Position numbers and translations under genes: made by a program. This document shows, piece after piece, positions 17,776-28,005 of a DNA stretch of 64,000 nt. Positions within the stretch are counted from its first letter, which is position 1; each line of letters opens with the position of its first letter. The notes under the pieces were generated by a model, which made no database searches, was not told where the DNA came from, and saw only the letters and a list, made by a program, of their open reading frames with translations. This stretch comes from Chloroflexota bacterium (GTDB lineage Bacteria > Chloroflexota > Dehalococcoidia > Lucifugimonadales > UBA826), in the NCBI GenBank assembly GCA_002722155.1, contig PBKS01000009.1, positions 2,748-66,747 on the forward strand. The letters run 5' to 3'.

Positions 17776-19791
17776 TTAAAACTGTGTTTGAACCGGTAGG
17801 GATCCTACTACTGCAGATGACTGTATCGAATCTATATTGACTGCACCTGGGCCAGTCACTCTTGCTTTTCTCGGAACACCACTGATTCCACTAGAATTAC
17901 CTTTTCTTGAGACTCGTGGAATTTCATAAGAATCTGTATCTGCTATTAAGGAATTAATCCTTTCAACAAGAGCCTGGATTTTTTCCAAGGTGTCTTCTGT
18001 AAAATTACCTTTGAAATTATCAAGATTTTCCAGAAGGTATGAGGCTGGAACGTATCGATCGAAGACCCCACCAGCTAACCCTGTCCTACGGAAATATGCC
18101 TTCAATCTCTCCACAATTCGTGGATTACTATCTGTGATGGTCCTCATAGTAAGAGGTTCTTCCAAGTATGTCGCGTATGACAAGTTAACTAATTCTAGGT
18201 AAACTTTAGGATCAAACAAATCTTCTATATCCGCATCTCTCACTCGGGTGACTTGGACCCACTTAACGGGGTTTTCACCTTCCATTTCGTTCTTCTTATT
18301 TATAGCCTCTATTTTCTCTCGGTTTGTCGGGGTCAAGTCCATCATAACGGCTACACTAACGTAATTCTCCCCTAAAAGACTGACAAAAGTGGATAGATTA
18401 TCCGTACTACCGACAGGGATAATTACCCATCTCGGATCTATTCTAGCTCCTGATATTTCTGTCACCATATCTCCAAGGACTTGCAAATATATGAGATCGG
18501 ACGGGGAGTTAACCATGAGACAATGCGGAGCCAGAAAAAGGGTTTGAGCCATTTGATAACCCAAAGCCATTTGTAACGGAAACACCGTTTCTCTGTCATT
18601 ATTTACAGCATCGTCGGTTATTACAGTACCAACACCATCCATATCCTGGACCAATCTAATCCTATGTAGCTTATCAAGATCAATCATAAATGGGGAATGA
18701 GTTGAATATAGTACCTGGCACCTCGGAGAAAGCCTCTCATCCATAAACCTCAAAAAATCTTTTTGGGCCATAGCGTGAAGAGCAGTACCAGGTTCATCAA
18801 GAAGAATTATCAAATCACCACTTTCTGTTTCTTCAAGGTGCGAAAAATACGACAGAAACGAGAAAAACCAAACAAATCCCTTTGACCTCTCATCAAACGA
18901 AACAGTGACCCGATGTCTTGCATTTTCGATTCGTACATGTAGGATTTTTCCCTCATTAAGGGGCGGAGGATCTCTTGGATCTGCCTGAGACACATCAAAT
19001 TCAACTTTTAATTGGCGATTTTGCTGCCAATATTCAAAGATTTCATCTGTAATCGTTATAGAAGCAGATTCCAGCTCTACTTTGATGTCTTCATATCCGA
19101 GGTCTTTCTCCAGATCTCCCAAGGAAACCCCAGATAGAGTCAAAAGGGATAAAAAAGTCCTATCCGCATCATCTAAGGGTCCTCCACTCTCAGACCTTTG
19201 TCTAAGTTCATTTATAGATATTTTTCCGCGCATCAGGCTGTAGTTGTCAAAATAAACAAATTTAGGCAACCATCTCTCTAAAAATTGTTCGGCAATTCTT
19301 TCAGAGACACTAATATTGGATTCCACATTTTGAACTGCGTTTTGAAAGGAGGTCGGAGTAGGGTTTGAAGGGTTCGTAAAGCTACTAATGCTAGAAGGCT
19401 GGGAAACCGATTCAGATAGATCTATTTTCCAAGCACGTTCATTTTTATAATTCTTGGTGACAATAACTTTGTCTGAAGCTAATATTCCATTACCGAAGTT
19501 AGCTTCAATTTCAGATAATTCTTCCGGACTTAATTCAAACTCAGCCTGCGCCACTTCGCACGGATTTTGTTCATGGATTTTCTTATATTTTATATAGCCT
19601 TTCCTAGGATAATCTCTGATCGTGAAGGCATCCTCTTCCCCAGATATTGAATTTATCTTCCTTATAGCTTGAAGAAATGCTGTTTTACCAGATTCATTTT
19701 TGCCAACCAAGGCGGTAACATCATCAACTTTGACCCATGATGAATCATCAATACTTCTATAATTTACTACCCTAGCCTGAGTGAGTTTCAT
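17776..19791 (-). CDS. OLD/ABC-type (AAA_15/21-like) ATPase with Toprim-like C-terminal region
   Basis: N-terminal VVNYRSIDD ... LVGKNESGKTAFLQAI (Walker A), SKGFVWFFSFLSYF, LIILLDEPGTALH (Walker B), LYSTHSPFMID. C-terminal LMVNSPSDLIYL ... IIPVGSTDNL ... DADIEDLF resembles OLD/DUF4435 Toprim blocks. Confidence 0.65.
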   Translation of the reverse strand: MKLTQARVVNYRSIDDSSWVKVDDVTALVGKNESGKTAFLQAIRKINSISGEEDAFTIRDYPRKGYIKYKKIHEQNPCEVAQAEFELSPEELSEIEANFGNGILASDKVIVTKNYKNERAWKIDLSESVSQPSSISSFTNPSNPTPTSFQNAVQNVESNISVSERIAEQFLERWLPKFVYFDNYSLMRGKISINELRQRSESGGPLDDADRTFLSLLTLSGVSLGDLEKDLGYEDIKVELESASITITDEIFEYWQQNRQLKVEFDVSQADPRDPPPLNEGKILHVRIENARHRVTVSFDERSKGFVWFFSFLSYFSHLEETESGDLIILLDEPGTALHAMAQKDFLRFMDERLSPRCQVLYSTHSPFMIDLDKLHRIRLVQDMDGVGTVITDDAVNNDRETVFPLQMALGYQMAQTLFLAPHCLMVNSPSDLIYLQVLGDMVTEISGARIDPRWVIIPVGSTDNLSTFVSLLGENYVSVAVMMDLTPTNREKIEAINKKNEMEGENPVKWVQVTRVRDADIEDLFDPKVYLELVNLSYATYLEEPLTMRTITDSNPRIVERLKAYFRRTGLAGGVFDRYVPASYLLENLDNFKGNFTEDTLEKIQALVERINSLIADTDSYEIPRVSRKGNSSGISGVPRKARVTGPGAVNIDSIQSSAVVGSLPVQTQF

Positions 19792-19925
19792 AGGATTTCC
19801 ACCTCTGCAATTGACACCTTAAAATACTATACGAATCCGTTATATATTCCCTACGGATGCAATAATTATTAATTGATTCAAACTAACCACAGAGTGCCTT
19901 CAAAGGCAAGCCGTTTACATACAAT

Positions 19926-19970
19926 GTTTATCTGGGTTGATTTGTATTTATCAAATCAACCCAGATAAAC
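19926..19970 (-). terminator. 19-bp perfect inverted repeat directly after the SDR stop codon
   Basis: GTTTATCTGGGTTGATTTG (19926..19944) pairs with CAAATCAACCCAGATAAAC (19952..19970), with a 7-nt loop. No clear U-tract. Confidence 0.5.
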
Positions 19971-19972
19971 AA

Positions 19973-20827
19973 TTATACTTGGCTATAACCACTACCAATT
20001 CTATCGTTGTCGACACCGGTGCCTTTCCCTTCGTCAATCCATCCAAATTCTTTTAAAATTTGCTGACTATATGTGACTCGTCCAGACACTTTCTCTACCG
20101 GTTCAGTTGCTAGAAGCAAAGCCGCTTTGGCCATCAACTCAGGATGCTCACCCCTTGGATCATCCATCCCAGTCACAAGATTATGGAAAACAGTACCTGG
20201 AGTTGGTACCACTTGAGAGGGGGAAACACATGTAACAGAGATCCTGTCACTATAAACTTCCTGTGCCAAACCTTGAGTAAACCTTTCTAAAGCCGCTTTT
20301 TCAGCACCGTAGCAAGTACCTCCAGAATTCGCAGGAACGTCGGCATAGGGTCCACGACCCGGTCCAATAGCAGCCCCGGATGAAATATTTACAATACTTC
20401 CCGAGCCATTTGGAATCATATCCTCTAAAGCTAACTGACTCAAAATAAATGGCGCGTGAAAATTAACGGCCCAAGACCTCATCCATCTGTTTATAGGATA
20501 GTCCCTGACAGGTAAAAAATAGGTTAGAGCCGCATTATTGACAAGTACATCAACATTTCCGTAGAGTTCATGAGTTTCCGTGAAAAGACGCTCGCAATCT
20601 TCCTGCAAGGATATGTTGACAGTAACTGGTTTAGCATCTCCTCCTGCCTCATTGATATCATTAACCGTCTTCTCAAGTGATCCTTCCAGCGGATGATCTC
20701 CCTCTTTTAATGTCCTCGCAGCACAAACCACTTTTCCGCCTTCTTGGGCAAAAACTCTAGCAATTTCCGCTCCTATACCGCGGCTAGCGCCCGTAACAAC
20801 AACAACCTTTCCTTCCAATATACCCAT
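19973..20827 (-). CDS. SDR family oxidoreductase
   Basis: TGASRGIGAEIA cofactor motif, NNAA, YGAEK catalytic motif. Confidence 0.85.
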   Translation of the reverse strand: MGILEGKVVVVTGASRGIGAEIARVFAQEGGKVVCAARTLKEGDHPLEGSLEKTVNDINEAGGDAKPVTVNISLQEDCERLFTETHELYGNVDVLVNNAALTYFLPVRDYPINRWMRSWAVNFHAPFILSQLALEDMIPNGSGSIVNISSGAAIGPGRGPYADVPANSGGTCYGAEKAALERFTQGLAQEVYSDRISVTCVSPSQVVPTPGTVFHNLVTGMDDPRGEHPELMAKAALLLATEPVEKVSGRVTYSQQILKEFGWIDEGKGTGVDNDRIGSGYSQV

Positions 20828-20940
20828 AGAATTTCTCCTTCTACATTTCAGTTAAAGATCTCACTCTAAAACAACATGATTTAGCCTTCATATGGATTCT
20901 ATTTTAGATGGGTCCGGATAGACAAGATATGTACACGATT

Positions 20941-20956
20941 AATTGACCGGTCAATT
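20941..20956. promoter_or_regulatory. 16-bp perfect palindrome in a divergent promoter region (candidate operator)
   Basis: AATTGACCGGTCAATT lies between the SDR (minus) and manC (plus) genes. Confidence 0.35.
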
Positions 20957-21024
20957 GATTCAAACCTATAATCCTTAGCAATTTATCTTTACTCTTACTT
21001 CGTCCCTGAGAGGTACTACTGGCT

Positions 21025-22461
21025 GTGAATTTACGACCGGTTATATTAGCGGGTGGTTCAGGCAAAAGATTATGGCCATTGTCTAGAAACCAATATCCCA
21101 AACCCTTCCTAGTAACCAACAATCAGATGTCATTAGTTCAAAATACAGTACAGCGTACCCTAAACCTAGGCTTAGCATCTCCCGTTATAGTTTGTAATGA
21201 GCAAAATCAATACTTGCTTACGAATCAGTTGGATTCTATGGCGATCCGTCCCGAAAAAATCCTCTTAGAGCCTGTCTCTAAAAATACAGCTCCAGCACTT
21301 ACCCTCGCAGCTATTTTTCTATTAAATAATTTTGGCGATGAAGTATTGTTCTCAATGCCATCGGATCATTTAATAGAAGAGGATAAAAATTTCTTTCAAG
21401 CAGTAGAGATTGCCCATGGTTTGGCCACGAAGGGTGGAATTGTAACCTTGGGAATAGAGATTGGAAAACCCGATGTTAACTTCGGCTACATAAAAAAAGG
21501 GCAAATACAGAAAAATAAGTATTTTGAGCTCAGTGAATTTTATGAGAAACCAGATAATACAACAGCTCAATGCATGTATGAATCTAAAGATTTCTTGTGG
21601 AATAGTGGGATGTTTTTTATGACGGCTAGTTTATGGCTTGAAAAATTAAAAATGCATGCCCCTGACATTCTAACCGCCTGTGAAACGGCCGTACTAAATG
21701 GTAACGATGACGGCATATTTTTCCGTCCAGATCAGAAATCCTTTGAGCTATGCCAAAGTAAATCCATTGACCTCGCGGTAATGGAGAATCTGAGATTCCC
21801 TGGGACTTCTGGTAAGAATTGGGTAATTCCCCTAGATTCAAAGTGGTCTGATTTGGGATCATGGAGCTCTTTTATGAGTTCGCAAATCCCTGACAGCTCA
21901 AACAACCTCGTAAAAGGGAACGTATTTGTCGATTCCGTCCAAAATTCGGTATTACTTAGCGACCATCGCACCCTAGCAGTCTCCAATGTTGACAATGTCA
22001 TTATTGTTGAAACTTCGGACGCCATTTTAGTAGCAAACAAAAATCAAGAACACAAGATTAAGGAATTGATAGAAAAACTCCCTACTAAGAGCACATCCAA
22101 TTTTGAAACCCATAAAAAAATATTCCGCCCATGGGGACATTTTGAAATTTTGGACAGCTCTGAAGAATTTCAAGTGAAAAAGTTGACTGTTTTACCCGGG
22201 GAAGCTCTTTCATTACAGGCTCACAAACACAGAACCGAACATTGGGTAGTTGTAAGTGGAGTCGCGAGCGTTATAAAAGACGATCAAAAAATGACTCTGA
22301 AAAAGGATGAATCAACCTATATACCTGCGGGGACACGTCACAGGTTAGAGAATAACCAGAAAGACAAACTAGAAATAATAGAAGTACAATCCGGATCATA
22401 CTTAGGTGAGGACGATATAGTTAGGTTCGAAGATAAATATCAAAGAGAATCAAGGCCATGA
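21025..22461 (+). CDS. manC: Mannose-1-phosphate guanylyltransferase / mannose-6-phosphate isomerase (type II PMI-GMP)
   Basis: ILAGGSGKRLWPLSR N-terminal nucleotidyltransferase motif. C-terminal cupin (RPWGHFE ... HKHRTEHWVVVSG). GTG start. Confidence 0.85.
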   Translation: MNLRPVILAGGSGKRLWPLSRNQYPKPFLVTNNQMSLVQNTVQRTLNLGLASPVIVCNEQNQYLLTNQLDSMAIRPEKILLEPVSKNTAPALTLAAIFLLNNFGDEVLFSMPSDHLIEEDKNFFQAVEIAHGLATKGGIVTLGIEIGKPDVNFGYIKKGQIQKNKYFELSEFYEKPDNTTAQCMYESKDFLWNSGMFFMTASLWLEKLKMHAPDILTACETAVLNGNDDGIFFRPDQKSFELCQSKSIDLAVMENLRFPGTSGKNWVIPLDSKWSDLGSWSSFMSSQIPDSSNNLVKGNVFVDSVQNSVLLSDHRTLAVSNVDNVIIVETSDAILVANKNQEHKIKELIEKLPTKSTSNFETHKKIFRPWGHFEILDSSEEFQVKKLTVLPGEALSLQAHKHRTEHWVVVSGVASVIKDDQKMTLKKDESTYIPAGTRHRLENNQKDKLEIIEVQSGSYLGEDDIVRFEDKYQRESRP

Positions 22462-22492
22462 AACAAAAATTAGAATTTAAGAATAACCTGTC

Positions 22493-22663
22493 ATGAAAGA
22501 CATACCCCTGATATTCCCATTGGCTTTACTAATAATAATAGGGACTTTAGTGTTTTCAACGGCCTATGGATTAGCCGACAGCACCATTAGAGAAAAAGGC
22601 GATTCGCAGGCCCAATATGAATGGGATGAAAAAGCCGCTCTTTGGGTTTGCCCATTTCATTAA
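22493..22663 (+). CDS. Possible 56-aa small membrane protein (below the ORF-track cutoff)
   Basis: ATG 22493 to TAA 22661..22663 gives MKDIPLIFPLALLIIIGTLVFSTAYGLADSTIREKGDSQAQYEWDEKAALWVCPFH. One clear TM helix, no convincing SD. Confidence 0.3.
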   Translation: MKDIPLIFPLALLIIIGTLVFSTAYGLADSTIREKGDSQAQYEWDEKAALWVCPFH

Positions 22664-22690
22664 TTATCGATTTTAAATTAGGAGACTCTT

Positions 22691-23440
22691 ATGAATAGAT
22701 TCGAAGGTAAAGTTGCTATTGTTACCGGCTCTGCTACAGGAATCGGATACGGAATATCGAAACGCCTTGCAAAAGATGGGGCGAACCTAGTTATGGTCGA
22801 CATGGACGCCAATATGATTGAGCAATCCGCGAGTGAAATCGCTGTGAGAACCAAAGAAGTAGAAATTTTAATCGGAGATGTCTCCGAAACTCAGACAGCT
22901 CAAGAAGCGGTTAATAAGGCCATCAATAAATGGGGTCAAATAGATATCTTAATAAATAATGCGGGCATAGGCGGTATTAATGGAAATATTTGGGAATTAG
23001 ATGTAGCCGAAATGGATAGAGTATATCGAACCAATCTTCGAGGAGTTTTCTCTTTTTGCCATGAAGTAATCCCACATATGCTAGAAAAAGATTACGGAAG
23101 AATTGTCAATATTGCCTCAATTGCTGGTAAGGAAGGCAACCCTCGTATGGTTCCGTATTCATCTACCAAGGCAGCAGTCATTGGCCTTACCAAATCTATA
23201 GGCAAGGAACTAGCAGGAACAGGAATTTTGGCAAATTGTATTACTCCCGCAGTCGTACAGACGCGAATATTGGAACAATTTACTCCTGAACAGGTCCAAT
23301 ATATGGTAGATAGGATTCCTGTGGGCAGAACCGGCGAAATTGCAGAGATAGCTGCTCTCGTTGCTTGGCTTGCCTCGGATGAATGTTCTTTCAGTACCGG
23401 AGCGGTTTTTGACATAAGCGGAGGACGAGCAACCTACTAA
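22691..23440 (+). CDS. SDR family oxidoreductase (FabG-like 3-oxoacyl reductase)
   Basis: TGSATGIGYGIS, NNAGI, YSSTKAA. GGAG upstream. Confidence 0.85.
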   Translation: MNRFEGKVAIVTGSATGIGYGISKRLAKDGANLVMVDMDANMIEQSASEIAVRTKEVEILIGDVSETQTAQEAVNKAINKWGQIDILINNAGIGGINGNIWELDVAEMDRVYRTNLRGVFSFCHEVIPHMLEKDYGRIVNIASIAGKEGNPRMVPYSSTKAAVIGLTKSIGKELAGTGILANCITPAVVQTRILEQFTPEQVQYMVDRIPVGRTGEIAEIAALVAWLASDECSFSTGAVFDISGGRATY

Positions 23441-23492
23441 CCAAATTTGACCCGTAACTATCAGAACACATCAAATTTACCAATTACTCCCT

Positions 23493-23963
23493 TTATGCCT
23501 TGAGAGCGTCCACTCCGACTTCAGCTCCAACTGCAACGGTGCCGCCCTTTTCAACAAAGGCAAGAAGGCCTCGTTTCCCATCCAGGTCATCTTTTAAACC
23601 AGGTCTTATTTCATCCATACGAGCACAAGGTTCACAATCCCCTGTGATCTCCAAAATCACCTCACCACCCAACAAAACCTTATCTCCAGCTGATATGGAG
23701 GAGAAATCCAATCCTTTTATCGTAATATTTTCACGTACTTGGCCTGGTAAAAGATCGAAATGATTCAATGTTTCTGAATCCATAATCAAAACTTGTCTAT
23801 TTGATCTTCGCCCATCAGAACGCAGATGCCTATCTCCTTCCATACCTTGTCCTGTGATAAAGCTAGCCTCGCGGATCTCTTTCATGGGATCTCTACTCCC
23901 TAAACACAGGCGCATCGAGATTATTGAACCGGACATATCTACAGCCTCCAGAAACAAGTTCAC
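23493..23963 (-). CDS. MOSC domain-containing protein
   Basis: ITGQGMEGDRH ... QVLIMD ... ENITIKGLD ... GDCEPCARM (conserved MOSC Cys). The true start may be the internal MSGSII Met. Confidence 0.75.
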   Translation of the reverse strand: MNLFLEAVDMSGSIISMRLCLGSRDPMKEIREASFITGQGMEGDRHLRSDGRRSNRQVLIMDSETLNHFDLLPGQVRENITIKGLDFSSISAGDKVLLGGEVILEITGDCEPCARMDEIRPGLKDDLDGKRGLLAFVEKGGTVAVGAEVGVDALKA

Positions 23964-24056
23964 GCTTAGGACTTCATTCTACACCTTATTAAAAGTTGTT
24001 GGCCTTGTATAATCGCTACAGTTCTAGATAAAGACCACTCAGGAAAGGATTATTCT

Positions 24057-25007
24057 ATGGATTCGCAAGTAACAATCGGTGATGGTGATTTCAAGTATAT
24101 GGTGTTAGAGAATTGGGAACGAATGCCAGACGGCTACTCTTGGCGTGAGACCGCTGGTGTAGCAACTGATGAGAAAGATAACGTATACGTTTTTAACCGT
24201 GGAGAACACCCCATGATGGTTTTTGATAGAAGCGGAAATTTTCTAAAATCATGGGGGGAAGGTATATTTACTAGGGCACATGGAGTTAGCCGTGGCCCTG
24301 ACAACACTCTATATTGCACCGATGATGGGGACCATACGGTCAGGCAATGTGATCTGGACGGCAATGTATTAATGACTATAGGGAACCCTGGTGAGGCATC
24401 AGGTTTATTTAGCGGGCGACCATTCAATCGATGTACCCATACCGCGACAGACCCAGACAACGGGGACATTTACGTAACAGATGGCTACGGTAACTCTCGA
24501 ATACATAAATATTCTCCTGATGGAAATCTTATTGAATCTTGGGGAGCACCAGGTACAGGTGAAGGAGAATTCAACATTATTCACAATATATGCACGGATA
24601 GTAATGGCTATATTTACGTATGTGATAGAGAAAATCACCGTGTGCAAGTTTTCAATAAAAATGGGATTTTCGAAGCAGCTTGGTCAAATGTCCACCGCCC
24701 ATGTGCAATTTACATAGATGCGGAACAGAAAGTGTATGTTGCCGAACTCGGCTATGGCAATAATGTCAGCAAGGATGTCCCAAACATTGGGCCGAGGATC
24801 AGCGTATTAGACCAAACCGGAAAGGTGTTAGAAAGAATAGGAAATATGGGGTATGGCTTTGATACAGGTCAATTTGCCGCTCCTCATGGACTATGCCTTG
24901 ACTCTAATTTAAGTATATATGTCGCAGAAGTAGCAAGGACCAATATGAGTCATTACACTACCCCTCCGGATACTCTTAGAAGTTTTCAAAAATTAGTCAA
25001 ACTCTAA
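24057..25007 (+). CDS. NHL-repeat six-bladed beta-propeller protein (paralog of 5833..6720)
   Basis: Shares the N-terminal block (W..(L/M)P(E/D)GY ... AGVA.D..DNVY(L/V)FNR) and DGYGN.R.HK(F/Y)SPDG, CDREN with the first copy. Confidence 0.7.
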   Translation: MDSQVTIGDGDFKYMVLENWERMPDGYSWRETAGVATDEKDNVYVFNRGEHPMMVFDRSGNFLKSWGEGIFTRAHGVSRGPDNTLYCTDDGDHTVRQCDLDGNVLMTIGNPGEASGLFSGRPFNRCTHTATDPDNGDIYVTDGYGNSRIHKYSPDGNLIESWGAPGTGEGEFNIIHNICTDSNGYIYVCDRENHRVQVFNKNGIFEAAWSNVHRPCAIYIDAEQKVYVAELGYGNNVSKDVPNIGPRISVLDQTGKVLERIGNMGYGFDTGQFAAPHGLCLDSNLSIYVAEVARTNMSHYTTPPDTLRSFQKLVKL

Positions 25008-25066
25008 CAGTAGATGCTAATCTACGCCGAACAGATTAATAAAAAGAATTATTTGCTCAAAGGAGG

Positions 25067-26059
25067 ATGGAAGTGGCAGCGTCCAAAGCACACAGTAAAT
25101 TGGCTCAGCAGATGAGTGAGTCCGGAACTAAATTCCTGGACAGCCTTTCTCAAGATCAAAAAAGAAAAGCCTGCTTTGAATATCTCGACGGTGAAAGGTT
25201 ATTCTGGTACTACCCACCAATGAACCGACACGGATTGGCACTACGGGACATGGAACCTAGTCAAAGAGAATTGGCTTTCAAACTGATGTCGACAGGACTA
25301 ACCGACAGATCCTACGATCAGGCAAGACAAATTATCGCTTTAGAAGATGTATTGGGACCTCTCGAAAAAGAACGTGGGGTGAAATCGTTTAAGAGGGATC
25401 CAGAATTATATTATTTCACTATATTTGGAACTCCTGGGGGGGATGACCCTTGGGCTTGGCGAGCAGAAGGTCACCACGTCTCACTACATTTCAGTATTTG
25501 GAAAGATGAAATCATATCTATGACGCCATTTTTCTTTGGAGCCAACCCCGCTGAAGTTAGGAAAGGACCTAAAAATGGCTTGCGAATATTAAGTCACAGA
25601 GAAGACATCGCCTTTGATCTAATGGATAGTTTTGACGAAGGTCAGAAAAAGAAGGCAATTATTTACGGAACTGCACCATATGACATTATTACCTACAATA
25701 GCTCAAAGGTGTCATTACCCGCAGAAGAAGGATTATCAATTTCTAAAATGTCAGGAACACAACGAGAAATTATTGAGTCACTTATATCAGAGTATATAAA
25801 TCAAGTACCTGAAGAATTAGCCCAAAAAAAATATAGTGAACTTGATAAATATGGATTAGAAAATATCCACTTTGCCTGGGGTGGGGCCACTGATCCTAGT
25901 GGAGAACATTACTATAGGCTTCACGGTGGAAACTTCGTAGTAGAATTCGACAACAGACAAAACGGGGCCAACCACATACATTCAGTCTGGAGAGATGTTG
26001 ATAACGACTTCGCCGAAGATGTTATGAGGCAACACTTATTGGCTTATCACGTTCTCTAA
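25067..26059 (+). CDS. DUF3500 domain-containing protein
   Basis: EGHHVSLHFS and NHIHSVWRD blocks typical of DUF3500. The start may be GTG 25073 (AGGAGG 6 nt upstream). Confidence 0.7.
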   Translation: MEVAASKAHSKLAQQMSESGTKFLDSLSQDQKRKACFEYLDGERLFWYYPPMNRHGLALRDMEPSQRELAFKLMSTGLTDRSYDQARQIIALEDVLGPLEKERGVKSFKRDPELYYFTIFGTPGGDDPWAWRAEGHHVSLHFSIWKDEIISMTPFFFGANPAEVRKGPKNGLRILSHREDIAFDLMDSFDEGQKKKAIIYGTAPYDIITYNSSKVSLPAEEGLSISKMSGTQREIIESLISEYINQVPEELAQKKYSELDKYGLENIHFAWGGATDPSGEHYYRLHGGNFVVEFDNRQNGANHIHSVWRDVDNDFAEDVMRQHLLAYHVL

Positions 26060-26074
26060 ATCTCCTATTTTTGA

Positions 26075-26096
26075 GGGGAGGGGCCATTTCCTCCCC
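26075..26096. terminator. GC-rich hairpin between convergent DUF3500 and dnaK
   Basis: GGGGAGG (26075..26081) pairs with CCTCCCC (26090..26096), with an 8-nt loop. No canonical U-tract on either strand. Confidence 0.35.
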
Positions 26097-26106
26097 GCTA
26101 TATAAA

Positions 26107-28005
26107 TTAAACTTCTCGAAATTCCCCCTCGACTGTGTTGTCAGGATCATCTGACGTAGTATTACCCTCTTCGTTTGGACTCTCCGGTGTCTCACCGGTT
26201 TTACTATAAACTTCTTGTCCTATTCTTTGCAGAGATTCCTGAAGCTGTTGCAGTGAAGATTCAATTAAGGAATTATCTTCACCTTCGAGAGCAGTTTTTA
26301 AGGCGGATATATTCTGCTCGACCTCATCTTTCATTGAAACATCAATATGTTCTTCATTTTCTTTTAGTAGGGTTTCTGCCGAGAATACAGCAGTTTGGGC
26401 AGTATTACGTACTTCAACAAATTCACGTTTTTGCTTGTCTTCTTCTGCATGCTGTTCAGCCTCATCAATCATTTGATCGATTTCATCCTGGGATAGACCC
26501 GAACTAGCGGTTATGGTGATACTTTGCTCTTTGCCTGTACCTTTATCCGTAGCAGATACATTAAGAATTCCATTTGCATCGATATCAAACGTAACTTCCA
26601 CCTGTGGCACGCCACGAGGTGCCGGCAGAATGCCATCAAGATTAAATCTCCCAATCGTCTTATTCTCGGTCGCCATAGACCTTTCCCCTTGCAACACATG
26701 GACTTCAACAGAAGGCTGGTTGTCAGAAGCAGTGGTGAAAGTTTCACTTTTGGAAGTTGGAATGGTGGTATTCCTCTGTATCAATGGTGTCGTGACACCC
26801 CCCAGAGTTTCAATTCCCAATGTCAAGGGAGTTACATCCAGAAGCAATATATCTTGTACATCTCCTTGAAGAACTCCTGCCTGAACGGCTGCACCGACTG
26901 CTACTACTTCATCCGGATTCACCCCTTGGTGTACTTCTTTACCAAAGAATTCCTCGACCGCTTTTTGTACAGCTGGCATTCTCGTCATGCCACCAACTAG
27001 AATAATTTCATCTATTTCGGATGTAGCTACTTCGGCATCTGAAATAGCCTTTTTACAAGGCTCTATGGTTTGTTGAACTAAACTATTCACTAGTTGTTCC
27101 AAGGTCGATCTTTCCATAGTTTCAACTAAGTGCTTTGGACCAGATGCATCAGCGGTTATAAAAGGCAGATTAATTTCTGTCTGCATCAATGTAGACAATT
27201 CTATCTTGGCCCTTTCAGCCGACTCTCTAAGCCGTTGAAGAGCCATTCGATCACTTTTTAAGTCTATACCCTGATCTTGTTTGAACTTCTCACAAATCCA
27301 ATCAATAATAAGTTGATCAAAATCGTCTCCGCCTAAATGAGTATCCCCATTAGTTGCTTTGACCTCAAAGACCCCCTCTCCCATTTGAAGAACCGTAATA
27401 TCAAAAGTCCCTCCACCCAAATCATAAACAGCTATAGTCTGATCTTTTTCGTTATCTAAACCGTATGCCAAAGCAGCCGCCGTTGGCTCATTTATGATTC
27501 TCATCACTTCAAGCCCTGCGATCTTGCCCGCATCTCTCGTAGCATTTCTTTGACTATCGTCAAAATATGCAGGGACAGTTATAACAGCCTGGGTAATTTC
27601 TTCGCCTAATTTAGATTCCGCATCCTGCTTTAATTTCTGAAGAACCATAGCCGCCACTTCAGGCGGGGCATAATTTTTGTCTCCCATTGCAACGTGCGCA
27701 TCTCCGTTGGTATGTGCAACCACTGAATAAGGAACTAATTCCTTATTCCTTGATACCGAACCATGATCAAATTTCATACCCATAAATCGCTTCACTGAAA
27801 ACACAGTGTTGTCAGGATTTGTAACCGCTTGTCTTTTTGCAGTAGTCCCCACATAACGTTCATTGGATCTAGGATTTATTCCCACAACTGATGGAGTGGT
27901 TCTATTTCCTTCAGCATTCTCAATTACACGAGGTTCTCCACCCTCTATAATCGACATGCAAGAGTTTGTTGTACCTAAATCAATACCGAGAATTTTCGGC
28001 ATCAC
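26107..28005 (-). CDS. dnaK: Molecular chaperone DnaK (Hsp70)
   Basis: [25 protein letters not shown], 632 aa. Confidence 0.95.
   Translation of the reverse strand: MMPKILGIDLGTTNSCMSIIEGGEPRVIENAEGNRTTPSVVGINPRSNERYVGTTAKRQAVTNPDNTVFSVKRFMGMKFDHGSVSRNKELVPYSVVAHTNGDAHVAMGDKNYAPPEVAAMVLQKLKQDAESKLGEEITQAVITVPAYFDDSQRNATRDAGKIAGLEVMRIINEPTAAALAYGLDNEKDQTIAVYDLGGGTFDITVLQMGEGVFEVKATNGDTHLGGDDFDQLIIDWICEKFKQDQGIDLKSDRMALQRLRESAERAKIELSTLMQTEINLPFITADASGPKHLVETMERSTLEQLVNSLVQQTIEPCKKAISDAEVATSEIDEIILVGGMTRMPAVQKAVEEFFGKEVHQGVNPDEVVAVGAAVQAGVLQGDVQDILLLDVTPLTLGIETLGGVTTPLIQRNTTIPTSKSETFTTASDNQPSVEVHVLQGERSMATENKTIGRFNLDGILPAPRGVPQVEVTFDIDANGILNVSATDKGTGKEQSITITASSGLSQDEIDQMIDEAEQHAEEDKQKREFVEVRNTAQTAVFSAETLLKENEEHIDVSMKDEVEQNISALKTALEGEDNSLIESSLQQLQESLQRIGQEVYSKTGETPESPNEEGNTTSDDPDNTVEGEFREV

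Noticed and set aside
26175-27005. Several plus-strand ORFs (26175..26507, 26513..26869, 26524..27000, 26820..27005) and the minus-strand ORF 26511..26747
   Set aside because: All lie inside the unmistakable dnaK coding region in antisense or off-frame positions. They have low-complexity or junk composition and are shadow ORFs.
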